The notes: generated by a model not told the origin, from the sequence alone. A stretch of DNA of 23,038 nt from Ginkgo biloba (GCA_024626585.2 JANKJI020000002.1:228089707-228112744); one strand, 5' to 3'; positions 1-13,000 are shown, numbered from the stretch's first letter. Numbers and translations are program-made.

Positions 1-1429
1 TTGGAATATTATTCTCTTTACTTGTGAATCGTTATTTTTCTCTATATTATTTGGTAGTTACCTAATTTTGGGAACTTCACTCTTCCCTAATTTGGAATTA
101 TTTTTTTCTATAATATCTTCTATGACTTTCCCTTTCAAAATCCTTTTATCCCTTACCATGAACCCTTATTCTTGATGTTGTCCCATGCCTAGGCTAGTAT
201 AGTGAATTATTTATATAGATAAATGGTATTATCTCCACTTCTCTACCATGGTTTTGGATGTTTAATATAAGGATGGAGGTAATAGGAGGAGAAGAATAAT
301 GTCCAGGATTCTATAATCAGTGCATGATCCACCATTACACCAATTCAGGTGTGGATATTCCTATTTCCCTTTCTATATCATTTGATTTTATTATGAAAAT
401 AAATAATTGGAAATAAAATCATAAAATGGGTATTTAAAATTAAATTCAAGTGAATTTGAATTTTCTCTTATGTTTTTTCACTTTCTTTAAATTTTGGGGA
501 GATTTTCCTCTTGAGGATATAATTAGGACTACCTATATCAATTCTTGATTATTTCTCTTTGGATTTTGGTGGGCCTAAGACCTATATCTTTGATGGATTT
601 TTGCATATTTATTGTCCATAGACATCTCACTCCACTTAAGAATGGGATACCATATCTAATTAGTCTTTTCCTTATCCACTCCCTGATAATATTATATCTC
701 TTTTTGGGATTTCCATTTGCTTTCTTAAAATTGTTGTAGATTTCCTTGTATTTATTTCCAAAGAAAAATAAATAAAAGTGTATTCATTTATTTATATTCA
801 CATCTGAATCATAGTTAAAACTCATATTCTAAATGTAATATCTAGCTTAATTTTAGCATCTTTTGTAATGCCTCCATGTTCCACCTGAGGATCTTATTTT
901 TCATAGGGGGTTATTTTACCTTATCTTATTTATATTGTTCTAAAAAATCTTTGTTTTTTTCTATTTTTAGTGAAGAAACTTATTATCCTATAATTGGTAG
1001 GGTTGTCATTTATTACCCTAATTGTTTTATAGAAGTATACTTTCTTCCCTACCTATGTAAGTATAAATACTTGTTGCCCCACTATATTAGGATTATCTTT
1101 TGTTGTCCTAAAGGTTAGGTCATACTCATTTTGGGTGTTGTCTTGCTTATTTTGTTGTTGGAATTTCATTCAAATTAAAATAAGGAAGGGTAAGGGAAAG
1201 ATAAAGAATAAATTTTATCTTTTACATGGTGAGACTATCTTGATTTATGTTGTGTTCACCACTATGGAAATTGACAAATCCTACTATTATTGTCATATGT
1301 TACATGGATTAGCTAGTTTGATATGAATCTTATTTATATTTTTTCTAAATGAAATGTTATGAATAGTTATAATTTCATTATATTTATGTTTTATATGTTT
1401 ATACACATGTCCACACACACACAACTTTA

Positions 1430-2538
1430 TGACACTTCATGCATTAAAGTATGCGAGGAGACTCTTCTAATCTTATATTCATGATTGGGATGATCCATAT
1501 TGGGTTTCACGAGGAGTGAGAACATACACTTTTACATGGGAAGTAGAGTCTCTTGATCCTACTTAAGAATAAAAAGGTTTAATATAAATTTTAAAAATAA
1601 AATAACCCTACTTTATGTCAAATATGGTAGTGAAGTCTACTAATAATGATACAAAAAACTAGGTAGGATTCAGAGAATAAAATTCCTTAAAAGAATGAAA
1701 TAAAGAGAAAATTGATTCACATCAAATAAACTAATATGTTTGCAAGTTTCCAATCAACCTAAGTAGATAGAAATGCTTATGGTGACCTCAATAACTCAGA
1801 TCTAAAGTTAAAGTTCAAATCCAACTACAAAAATATGATCTAAAAAACCTTTATGTTTCATATATATGTTGTAACATACCTTCTCCTAATTTCTATCATT
1901 TTTTCTTTGAGAGTTATACCTTATCCTAATCAAGCATAACATTTTTTTCTCAAATCTAAAAATTGAAAATATTATCTTCTGAATGTTCAGACATTGCATG
2001 TATGTCCCTACTGCATGAAAATTGAATATAATATGGGACTATATGTGACAATATTATGATAACAAGATATATTATAACCAATAATAAGAGAAATAATCTC
2101 GCAAGAGACAAAATAAGAATCTAAAATCCAAAGAGAAAATACAAGGAACTACAAACTTGTAGTATAACAATAATGAAGAATACCAAAATATAATTTCTAA
2201 GGCTTCCTTATAAAGGATAGAAAAGGTTCTCAAAATAGGAGAGAGATCCATACAAGCATTCTCATATACGATGCATACTCCATTTAAGTATTCTCATTCA
2301 CCCTCATACAAAGTGAAGTAACTATAGTCTACTCAAGGGTCTTATCCATAAAAGGGGCCCTTATGCACCAATGAGACTATGACAACTAATAGGAGAAAGT
2401 AATGATAAATAAAATTCTTATTTAATAAATAATAAAAGTGGAATTATCCTAAAATGGGATTCCCTTTAGTGATATCCCTCTAAAGACTATATAACCATGG
2501 GACCAAGTGCTTGGCCCTTTATTTCCTATGACAAATCA
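1430..2538 (-). repeat. 3' LTR of element 1
   Basis: Aligns by eye with ~4560-5446 from about 1650 to 2538 (e.g. ccaatcaaccta(a/g)gtag, aataataagagaaataatct, atatccctctaaag). The minus-strand start TGATTTGTCATAGG matches TGATGTTGCATAGG of the other copy. Similarity left of ~1650 is weak. Confidence 0.75.
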
Positions 2539-2540
2539 AT

Positions 2541-2553
2541 TTGTCCCACCCTT
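2541..2553 (-). other. Polypurine tract of element 1
   Basis: Minus strand reads AAGGGTGGGACAA just before the TGAT start of the 3' LTR. Confidence 0.55.
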
Positions 2554-2719
2554 AGGAAGTAATGGCCCCCATTTCTTTATCCCATAAGTGAGGCATATGA
2601 GTATATAACATATCCAAAGTAACTCTATATGGGTATTTACCCTTACTTATAACAAGAAATGAGTCTAATATATAAGGCCTCATCTTCAACTCTCTTGGAG
2701 TCTCTAAACTCAACTCAAA
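2552..2719 (-). pseudogene. Remnant of pol C-terminus (integrase tail / chromodomain-like)
   Basis: An open minus frame reads ...FLVISKGKYPYRVT...HMPHLWDKEMGAITS*, ending at the PPT. It resembles the YLVxWKG...PHL tail of gypsy integrases. Confidence 0.4.
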
Positions 2720-2769
2720 ATCCTTCCCAAGTATAATAAAAAAAACTTTATAGAAGCTTGTATAAACTT

Positions 2770-4250
2770 AGAAAATTAAACTAATATTTTGATGAAAGGG
2801 TCTCCTTCCTTCATCAACTCATATTTTCCTAGATAAATAATAATTGTGGCCTTTCTATAAATAAAAAAGGGGATTCCAAGTAGCACACATATGTAATCGA
2901 TAGGTAGTACATTACTTCTAACCTCATAAATATATTATATAGTGATTACAAACTTTAAAGTGAATTGGTGAGTAACATGACTGCTTTCATCTCCATTTCA
3001 TCCACTTATCTCATATGTATTTGGGATATCCTATAGCTCCTACTCTAAATACTTTACCATAAAAGTTTAAACTAATTTATTTTGACTACTAGTATTAAGA
3101 ATAGATGGCATAATCTTGTCCTTAACTTATAGTTGTAATGTGAAGAGGCCCTCTTGATACTTACTCTTGTCTTTTTTATTAATAAGGTAAATAAATAAAT
3201 TAGGCTCTCTTGAAGTAATAGAAAACTTGTGTATTTTCCTCTTCTCTCTATGATTTCATTAATATAGAGATCTTGGCATATTGTTTGGATGAATCTAGTA
3301 ATAATGGTCTTCATCATTTCCCTATTTACCATAGTCTCCACATGTGTTCGACCTATCATAATATATATTATTTATATTATAACCTTTCTTTATCCTCCCT
3401 CTATTTCTATAACAAGTGGTTAAATAAGTGGAAGAATTAGATGAGGTAGTAAAAGTGGGAGAACCATTGGTCTTACCCTTTCCTTGAAAAAATTGAGGTG
3501 TTTTCTTTCTTATTTCAACTTTGGAAGAAAAAGAGTAGGCCTCTTGTAATGAATACAAAGGAAAAAATTCAACTTAATTATGAAGTTGGGTGTAAAGGAG
3601 TCATAAAAATTTTAGAAATTTCTTTTCCTTAGTCTCCTACTTTTTAAGACGTATTGATAAATATTAAAATTCTTCATAATAGTTAAATAATTATTGTCCC
3701 ACAGTTTGTCTCAACTACTTCCAATCTAGATATAATTCATCTTCATATCCTCAAGGATAAAAAATATTCTTAAGCTCTTTCTTACAATATATACAAGAAT
3801 AAATATGTGAATTATTTTCTTGTTGCCTCTCTCAGAAAATATTTTTCTACCATAATAATTCTTTCCTAGACATTGTAATATTGGCAAATATAATATTTTA
3901 TATGTCAATGGAATTTTGGTAAGAATAATAAAGTTTAAGAGACTGAATATAATATAAAATGGATTCATCATACATCTTCCCATTAAAACATTTAATATCT
4001 ACCTTGGATTACACTTAAAATGAGTTGGATCCTAAGGTTGGACTTACATTATCAAGAGGAAAATATGAAGTTTATACATAAGAAGTACTAAAATGAGTAA
4101 GAAAATAAAATGAGGAGGAGAAGGAGAATTTGAACCCAAAGGATTCAATGTTGATGTTGTATGTTGAGTATAAAATTGAGATATAATTCTCACTGTCTTG
4201 ATCCTCATACATTGTGGCTCTTTCTTCTCCCTCTTAATTTCTACAACCAT
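2770..4250 (-). pseudogene. Gypsy gag (retrotransposon gag domain, degenerate zinc knuckle) and aspartic protease, with many stops and frameshifts
   Basis: Gag motifs: KVDIKCFNGKM (~3975-4005), GYEDELYLDWKxLRQ..NYYEEF..LSIRL, SLQEAYSFSSKVE. The decayed CCHC knuckle reads CGDYGKxGNDEDHYYxIHP (~3286-3342). The protease site reads ILNTSSQN (~3078-3101; cf. DxGSQxN), followed by VTHQFTLKF and VLPIDYICVLLGIP. Confidence 0.8.
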
Positions 4251-4273
4251 AAGTTAAATCTAGTCCATTCTAT

Positions 4274-4285
4274 GCTCTAACATTA
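4274..4285 (-). other. Degenerate primer-binding site (tRNA-iMet type) of element 1
   Basis: Plus strand gctctaacatta versus canonical gctctgatacca. It lies between the gag start and the right repeat, with several mismatches. Confidence 0.3.
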
Positions 4286-4286
4286 C

Positions 4287-5446
4287 TTTCACAAAATTAC
4301 TAAGCTAACTCAATTGATCTCATTCATCTTCTAAATATATTCCCATGGTAAATGGATAAATTGGGGATACGAGAGCTTGAACTAATGCTTGAACCTAATA
4401 AAATGATTTTTCTATATCTGGGACAACTTTCAATCCTTGGAATATATTGTGTTTATCATAATAACCCAAACTCAAACTAGAAAGAAAATTTCTAATAGAA
4501 TAAATCAACAAATAATACTTCTCATCCAAGAGAATCATGTTTTGAAACCAAACTATGTAATGAACATGGTAGGATTTGTGAAATAATATTATTTAAAAGA
4601 GAAAAATAATAAAAACTATTTACATAGAGGAAAATAGGCTTATTTTAAGTGTCCAATCAACCTAGGTAGGTAGAACTAGTCAAGGTGACCTTTGTGACTC
4701 AATTTTGAAGATAAATTTGCATCCAAATATGAAAATAGGATATCTAAAAGATTTTAGGTGCATATATAGGCTACATTATGAATTCTCCTAAGAACTATAG
4801 ATTTTCCTTCGAGCATCACTCCTTCTCATAATAAATCACTATGTTATTTTATTAAATCCAAAAACTAAAAAATTTGTCTCGCAAACTTTTGAATTCTACA
4901 CGTGTCTATGCTACATGAAAATTAAATAGAATATTGACCTTCATGGGATATTATTATGATAGTAAGATATATTCTAACTAATAATAAGAGAAATAATCTA
5001 ACAAGAGACAAAACAAGAATCTATAAGCTAAAGAGAAAATATTTGGAACTTTAAAATTATAGCATAACAATAATGGATAAGAATACGTGTACAAAATTTA
5101 ATACCCAAGGTTTCCTTACAAGTATATCCAAGGTTCTCAAAATATTAGGGAGAGCCATGCAAGCATTTTTATGTACTATACATACTCCATGTAAGAATTC
5201 TAATTCACCCTCATGTAAAGTGAAGTAACTATAGTATACTCAAGGATCTTATCCATGCAAGGGGACCTTGTGACTAATGAAATTATAACAATTGATAGGA
5301 GTAACCAATGATAGATAAAACTCTTATTTGATAAATAATAAAAAAAGGAATTATCCTCATATAGTATTCCCTTTGGTCATATCCCTCTAAAGGCAAGACT
5401 GCCATGAGACCAAGTGATGGGCTGCATTTTGTCCTATGCAACATCA
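4287..5446 (-). repeat. 5' LTR of element 1
   Basis: Direct repeat of ~1650-2538. Begins TGATG on the minus strand at 5446. The inner boundary is inferred from the putative PBS. Confidence 0.75.
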
Positions 5447-5448
5447 TA

Positions 5449-5475
5449 TGTGTGTGGGTGTGGGTGTGTGTGTGT
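5449..5475. repeat. Imperfect (TG)n microsatellite
   Basis: tgtgtgtgggtgtgggtgtgtgtgtgt; explains the HTHTHT stretch in ORF 5283..5501. Confidence 0.85.
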
Positions 5476-5580
5476 CTATGTATTAGGAAGTGTACATCCA
5501 TTCATGAATTTTATTATATAAAAATTTGAATTTTGTCATTAAAGTAGGTTAGAAATTTGATCTAATTATGGTGTACTAAA

Positions 5581-5660
5581 ATGGATCCACCATAACCATT
5601 ATGGTGGAACAACATGGGTCCACCATTACTATGATGGTGTATCCATAATGATTCACCATT
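5581..5660. repeat. Short tandem array of ~33-bp palindromic units
   Basis: atggatccaccataaccattatggtggaacaac / atgggtccaccattactatgatggtgtatccat / partial third unit. Unit 1 contains a perfect 9-bp stem, ccaccataa-cca-ttatggtgg. Confidence 0.7.
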
Positions 5661-5914
5661 CTTGAGATTATGATCCTACATAGGTCTTCCATCCTAGAGG
5701 TAATTAATATTGACATAGACATGGGTCCAATATAAATATACATAAAAAAATTTGAAGTATAAACTCTATCCTTTACTATTAATGAATCATGTGAATGTAA
5801 TAAACGTGAATCATTATTATGACCCTAATAACATTAATTTCCATCATCTTAGAACCCATGATAATAACTATTTTCTATGTGACTTTATCTTAATATTTTA
5901 CGTTATTGTTTATA

Positions 5915-6014
5915 NNNNNNNNNNNNNNNNNNNNNNNNNNNNNNNNNNNNNNNNNNNNNNNNNNNNNNNNNNNNNNNNNNNNNNNNNNNNNNNNNNNNNN
6001 NNNNNNNNNNNNNN
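5915..6014. other. Assembly gap (100 N)
   Basis: Run of N. Confidence 1.
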
Positions 6015-6399
6015 TCTTGGTGTCTAAAGGTTTGATAGTCGGGAATCTCCTATTAAAATCTTGGGTTGAGAATTTTTTAAGATTGTCAACCTAGGGAGTT
6101 AACAGATCACTAGCAATTCCCTTGATAATTGATGCTAAATCTACCCTCTAAGTCATAATATGGAGAGTAGTAAATGAGTTATGATACATTACCCCTAATT
6201 TTAAAGGTTCAATGTGAGAAAATTTAGTTAGAGTTCCACCAATTCTAGTCTTGTATGGAGCTTGAATTTTCTAGCTTGGGCATCTTAAAGAACTTTCAGA
6301 GCTTTTTCTTTTCCCCTAATTTCTTAAATTTCCCCCCAACCTCTACTAATATCCAATATATGTCATTTTATTTCTAAAGGAGTATCTTTTCCATCCTCA

Positions 6400-6780
6400 T
6401 AATTTTGTCTTCCCTCTAATGAAGAGCCTTAGATAACCCCTATATCTGAATATGGCACCCATTCTCATAACGTTTAACCTAATCTTTTATGACTTCCACC
6501 TCACACAAAATATAAAGCCTCTATAATATGGTAAGATAAAATACTAGGGTCCAAAGAGTACATTTTTCTTTAGGTGAAAGGGAGTGAAGCTCTACAGTTG
6601 AATTACGGTAACATTCCACAAATAAACCCTGATAAATTTTTTTACAAACTTTAACCTTATGGAGTTGAGTTATGACTAGCCTATTTCCAACCTTTGGCAT
6701 GTATGAGTTCACTTTAGACCTTAATTGCAAATAGTTCATGGAATTGGGTTAAATTAGGGTGCTCCCACCATTTTAATTAT
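6400..6780 (-). pseudogene. Possible plant LINE ORF1 remnant (DUF4283 / zinc-knuckle region)
   Basis: Across frameshifts the minus strand gives W..FNP, VGNRLV (cf. IGNxLG), LFVE (cf. ICVE) and YE.VP.FRYRG (cf. YExxPFRCxxC) in the expected order. Confidence 0.35.
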
Positions 6781-6794
6781 TGCTCCCTTGTCCA

Positions 6795-9700
6795 TGGAAG
6801 AGACTTGGTTGGATAACATATCTACTTTGGAATTAAGGTGACGGAGGATATGAAAATATTAATATACTTAAATCCTTCCATGATACCCTTGATTCTATGA
6901 ATAACTCTTATGATCATCAAATATTTTGGAGAGGTATCCCCGCAGATACATTGGACTATCAAGGTAGAGTCTCCTAGAATTAAGACTGAACTAACTCCAA
7001 GCATTTTAAGCAACTAAATTCCAAAAGGGGCCACTATAGCCTCAACCTCATTATTAGTCATAGTTCCTAATCCCCATGTGAAGTTATTTAATATATTCCC
7101 CATGGTATTGTAGATGATCCCATCTAATCCTATCACCCCTAGGTTTCCTCTAGAAGCTCCATCAAAATAAAGAAGATGATGATTCCTTTCTACAGTCCAA
7201 TTTTGAAGTTATTTTTCCTCCATTCTTAGAAACTAAGAATGAGAAGCCAAATTTTAGTAGTGAAAAGAATTGGGAGGACCTTGTCCACTAAGTATAGAGT
7301 TTAGATAGATAATTTTTCCCATCTCCTAATTTTTCACATTAGTATTTCCAATTCCATTTGAGATTTCCTGCAAGAGGGTCATCACTCTATTCACTACATG
7401 GATTGGAAGAAGTTCCTTCTGGTAGAAAAGAACCTAGTTTCTTATAAGATAAATCTTCCATACAAAAAAATTTGGAAAGGAATCTTGATCTCTTTTTAAC
7501 AAAGGTTTCTTAGATAAACTTATAAGATATGCACTGCCTCTTGAGATGAAGAGTTGAACCCATGACTGAGTGAGAGGGGAGTCAAATCCCAAAGGATTAA
7601 GATCATACTTCTAGGCGTCATTAGTGAAGTGGCACTTCTTGAGTAGATTATGGATACTTTCCTTTGATTCACATCCAAAGGGACATTTCAATGGTCTAAC
7701 TATACCTCTCTTTTGTAGATTTTTAGCTATGAGTATTTTTTCATGAGCCAAAGTCCAAAAAAATACTACTACCTTTGGGAGGAATTCTCCCTTCTACAAA
7801 CTCTTCCAAACGATGGTATTTACCCCTAGATTTTGATTTTGAAATTATATAAAGTATCCCTACTATAGCATATAACATCCCCCTTCCATACCCCAACCTC
7901 TAGAATCCCTTATAGAAGTCCCCACCAAGGTTGAGCCACTAAGACTTTTTAGAAGTTCTTTATGTTAGCTTTGGAGATGAACTGGAAGGGAGATATCTTT
8001 CCATCCAGAACAACTATATTCCCCCCACACTAAGAGATCATGGAGTGTATTAATTCTAACATTTTAGAGCCAGCGACGTAGGTCTGAGATATCATGTATT
8101 CCCAAGAGAGGTAGGTTCCCTAAAATGCTATCTTCCTAAATTTTAATTTATTTCCCATTGTCAAGAACCTAGGTTAACTAATCTTGTATGATGTGCACTA
8201 CTACTTTAAATAATTTCTAAATTGGAGATCTGGTGATTTCATGAGGGGTATTATCTAGGCATCTCAACCATCCCTTATGAAAGTACTTTTTGATTAGTTC
8301 TTTCTTCCACTAGTTGAAGCTTCCAGAGATCATTCTCTATAGGATCATTTCCCCAAGAGACAAATTCATATGGAGAGGATCCTTATATACAAACTACCGC
8401 TTTTTAATAATGCTTTGATGATATCCCAATTCTCAAAATAAAATTTTGTTGTGTTTGTTCTTCCTCCTTACCACATAAAATTTTTGATGTTTTTCCTTGT
8501 TTTCTTATAGACCCCTACTAGAGCTAATAAAGTTGAGGCCTAATAAATGGGAATATCCAAGATAACTTCCTTGATAAGAATAATTTTCCCAACTAGGTTT
8601 AACCACTAGGAACCTCATTGATTCATCTTATTTTTAATTTTTTGTATAATGGAAAGCTAATCCTCTACTTTGTGATAGGAGAGAGTAATTAGTATACCCA
8701 AGTACCAGAAGGAGGTCTAGTTATATACCAATGTGAATTCCAAAATTTTACCTTTCCTTTGTATTATATAAAGAGAAGTATTCCACTCATAGATATGGCT
8801 TTTGTCCCTTTTGATTTTTCCTCTTGAAGTGGCTAGATAGGTGGTGAGAGATTGATGAAATCTATTTGCAATGATAGTGGAAGCTCCTCCCATTAGGAGT
8901 TTATCATCATCAAATTAAGAATGATTATTATTTTCACCCCTCTTGGTATAAGGATCCTTGAAATTTTCCCTAAAACTCTTTCAAACTCTATCTTTTACCC
9001 CAAAGCCTCTTCCACGAGGATGTACAGGAAAGGCGAAAGAGGGTAGCCTTGGCATAGACCTCATTGACTTTGGAAAAAGGGATCAGGTCAATCATTGATT
9101 AAGGGATCAATCTAGGGGCCTCCTATACAAGATCTTATTCATTTGATAAAATAAGGGTCGAATCCAAGTTTTTCCATGATAGAAAAGAGGAATCAGTGTC
9201 TTACCCAATCAAAGGCATTAGCCATGTCTAACTTGATCACAATCCCACTCTCCTTGTTTGTTCTACGAGAGTGTATTACTTCCTAGACCAATAGGATATT
9301 TTCCAAGATTTACCTTTTCTACATGAACCCACCCTAGTTTTTAGATATAATACTTAACAATATAACTCGATTTCTATTAGTAAGAATTTTTGCCAAAATT
9401 TTATATGAGGCATTGCATAAAGAGATGGATCAAAAGAAACTAAAAGAGGAGGGATTAGATTCCTTTGGGATTAGGATGATAAAATAATAATTTCTTCTTC
9501 TTCCCTTATTTCCCTTGAGTCTTGTAAAATTAAGAATTCTTCATAGGTCACTCTATAGAAGCTTATGGTGAAGCCATCTATACCGGGAGATTTATCAAGT
9601 TCAAGGTCCCAAATGGTTGTTAAAATTTCCTCATACTCAATTGGGAGTATCATTTTATCATTGTCTTCATTTGAAATCACTGGAGGAATTTGTTGGAGAA

Positions 9701-9880
9701 ATTCTTGGGTGGATAACTCACTTGTAGGTTCATATTTAGAGAAGAGGTTTTTGTAGTAAGAGTGGACTACATATTTTATCTCCTCAAGGGGTTTTAGTAG
9801 ACTTCCATCTTCTTATTTGAGTTCTAGGATATGATTTATGTTCTTCCTTGATTTTATTTATTTGTGAAATAAGGTGGTGT
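6795..9880 (-). pseudogene. L1-clade LINE ORF2 pseudogene: reverse transcriptase, zf-RVT and C-terminal RNase H
   Basis: RT-region motifs: TTLFHK..KSRKNINHI, KSPGIDGFT, ISLCNASYKILAKIL, KLDMANAFDWV, QGYPLSPFLY, HS*FDDDKLL. zf-RVT: PKVVVFFWTLAHEKIL..NLQKRG..C..C..ESIHNLL..C. RNase H: FDGASRGNLG..TNNEVEA..GDSTL..HILRHLNSKVDMLS. It has numerous stops, and its 5' part runs into the gap. Confidence 0.92.
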
Positions 9881-9980
9881 NNNNNNNNNNNNNNNNNNNN
9901 NNNNNNNNNNNNNNNNNNNNNNNNNNNNNNNNNNNNNNNNNNNNNNNNNNNNNNNNNNNNNNNNNNNNNNNNNNNNNNNN
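9881..9980. other. Assembly gap (100 N)
   Basis: Run of N. Confidence 1.
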
Positions 9981-10039
9981 AAAGATGGCTTCCTGTTGTT
10001 AATTTTTGACATTTTGTACTATTTTCTTCATTTGGTAGA

Positions 10040-10097
10040 AATGTAAAAAGGTTTGGGGACCTTTCAACACCCCTTCTATATAAAAAAAAAAAAAAAA
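10040..10097 (+). mobile_element. Possible 3' end of a 5'-truncated non-LTR retroelement with poly(A) tail
   Basis: A16 tract at 10082-10097 preceded by tgtaaaaaggtttggggacctttcaacacccctt. No TSD identified. Confidence 0.3.
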
Positions 10098-13000
10098 TAA
10101 TAATATATAATTGATGAATAAAAGTATATAAGTATAATCACACTAGCATTATATAAAAGTGTGGTAAGATTCAAGTAGTATAAATATGATGATACAAAGG
10201 AATATGATTAATATATAATGTTACTAGCCTCATGGTTTTATAGTTATATATTTCAAAATATTTTGTAGAGAATTTTCTTACTCATGGAAGAAACTTGTAG
10301 GAGTCTCTTTGTGATATTTTTTAAGAAAACCTTGTAATATTCTTATAAAAAAAGTGTTTTGTATTTGAATAGATGTGATATTTTATTATCATTTAGTGTA
10401 TTATATTTTTTGTATACCATTACCTCATTTTATTTTTTTACTATCTAATTTTATATTTGGAGTAAATAAATTATAAAGGTTCACTATAATAAGTATTAAA
10501 GACAAGTTCCATGTTATTTTGGAAATATATTTATGGTTTTAAGGTTATTTATATTTAATGGCACCTTTAGAGGGGAATGGAATGTGCATGCTAAACCAAG
10601 ACACCTAAAAAAACATACAATAATTAAAACATGGAAAGGAATAATTACTTTATCAATTATTATCCCATCTTCTATTTAGATATACCCTTATTATCAAATA
10701 TAATATGATTTTAAAACACCAAGATAATGTTTCAATTAAATGCTACCATACAATGATACTCTTTTATCTCTAGAATTTGTGACTTAAATTAATAATACAA
10801 AATGAAACCATGCATTTGGAGGTTATACAAAAATTCTACTAGCACTGCCACAAAATAAAAAATTATTTATGAATAGGGAAGGAAAACTATTACAATCTTG
10901 AAAATACACTTTCTTATCTCCTCTCTCTTAAATTATACAATAATGATGAATGCATCAACAAAAATCCCTTTGAATAAGATGATAATATTTTTAACAAAAT
11001 AAATCCATTCCTAAAAGGGGGTAAATATTATAGATAAAAGATTTAAATATGTCATACCTCCACTATCTCCCTTAGAAAACATCAAGAAGAAGGTAAATAA
11101 GAATAAAACTAAAGATCCATTAAATATGTGTGAACCAAGGATAACTTATGGTTGTATAGTTGATTTTGATCTCTTTATATATACTCAAAATTCTAATGAT
11201 GGTTATGCCTAATTAAATAATATTTGGACAAGTTTATTACTTTGAAAGACTAAAACTTGTTGTTGCAATTCATAAAGGCCCATACATTTTCTAAGATTCG
11301 CCTATGTTTCTTCCTTTTAAGGATCTTATTATTAGGGAAAACTTGAAATAATATCATGAATAGAAAAGGTAGAATATTTGAATATTATATATAAATAAAT
11401 AAATATGTGTATTATTACACACTATGATTTTATGGTTAGTCACAAAAGATAACCTAGTTTTAGAAGTTAGTTTTAGGGATTTTTCTAGTGTAGAGATGAA
11501 TTAGAGATATATTTTTTATTTTTACGATAGTTTCAAAAAATAAAATTACAAATCAAAACGTTTAATCTATAATAATAAGACTAAAAATAACTTTTAACAC
11601 TATAATTTAGTTTGGATAGTATTTTAAGTCTACTTTTAGGGCCTAGGATGAAATAGCTACTTTTTTAATTATAAGGATCAAATTTTATTATATTGTTTTC
11701 ATATTTAGATATATTATATTCTTATAATAAATGTTCATGTAAATACCTTCAAATTTGGCTTCTTGATGAGTCCATAACAACTTCCAAAATATAGGATTTA
11801 TGAGAAGAATGATTATAGTAATGGATATTGTTAGTGTTAACAACTAGTTTAAGAATAGAGAAGAAGAAAATGTGACATTATTTCTCATAAAATTAAAGAC
11901 ATTATTATTATAAGGTTCATAGAATGACAACAATTTAATCACTTTTCATTATGAAAAATATTCATGATTCATTTATACCAAAAATAATGTTAATGTACAT
12001 AAACACATAAAAATAAATACAAAAAATTAGAAAATTGAATGAATATATATTTACAACTCCACATTCTATAATAGCAAATATCAATGCTAGTAGAATAAAT
12101 ATTAGAGTTATATATTGAAGGTATTTAAGGAATAAAATAATTTAAAAAAATCATATTATAACCCGAAAAAAATATTTCAAAATAAATAAGAATGTCAAGA
12201 AAACATGGGCACATTGATTTCATTAAAAATTCAAGCAAAAGCATTAGATATACATTATCTACCACCAATTCTCAAGAAATAAAAATAAGATATAGTATAA
12301 ATTTAGATAAGAAGAAAAAGGGAAAAAAGAAATACAAAATATCAATGACATAATAAGGAAATAAAAATATTTCTAATATAAATAATAAGAATATGATGAT
12401 AATAATAATAATAGTAGTAAATTTTTATATTAATAAGAAAAAAAATGAAAAATAAAGAAGTATTGGAAACTAATGAAGAATTTTAAGAGGAACCACTTGA
12501 ATAATAAGTGGAAATATAGATGGAGGTGATAATTAATGGAAATAAAAAAATTGACTACACTATAAGATGGATTTCTCTTGAAAATACGATGATATTAATG
12601 CCTCCATTAACTATTGGACTAGACATTAACAATCAATGAGAAAATAAAAAAGGAGAATACTATAATCCTCATTTATTTAGGAAAAAAAAAAAATCTCATC
12701 AACATTAATATAGAGACAATGATAAATCATAAAATACAAATCAAGATAAGTAGCTAAACCATTCTTCATAAAATAAAGTTCAAAGATGTTAAGTTATAAT
12801 TGGGTAATTACACTCCTATTCCATTGTTATAATTTTATCAATTATGGACTATATAACATATATTAACATTATACATAAATTAGCATAGTATATCAAAAGA
12901 AAATGAAGTTTATAGGGTGTCTTATGCAAGGGTGTGGGAACACCTTGAATAAATATTTTTCTTGGTTGGATAATGTTTTCCCCTAATTTATTAGTTATTC

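Larger units (their letters stand above)
1430..5446 (-). mobile_element. Degenerate non-autonomous Ty3/gypsy LTR retrotransposon (gag + protease, no RT/RNase H/integrase core)
   Basis: Two diverged direct repeats flank minus-strand gag and aspartic-protease remnants. A PPT-like tract lies next to the left repeat and a degenerate PBS next to the right repeat. The left boundary is approximate. Confidence 0.8.

Noticed and set aside
300-335. CTDYRILD on the minus strand resembling the gypsy RT motif CVDYRxLN
   Set aside because: Flanking residues do not fit RT; likely chance.
1400-5475. (CA)n at ~1412 and (TG)n at ~5449 as terminal inverted repeats around element 1
   Set aside because: Simple dinucleotide tracts with no extended inverted similarity.
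5752-6094. Two plus-strand ORFs crossing the first gap
   Set aside because: Inflated by N runs; no recognisable motif.
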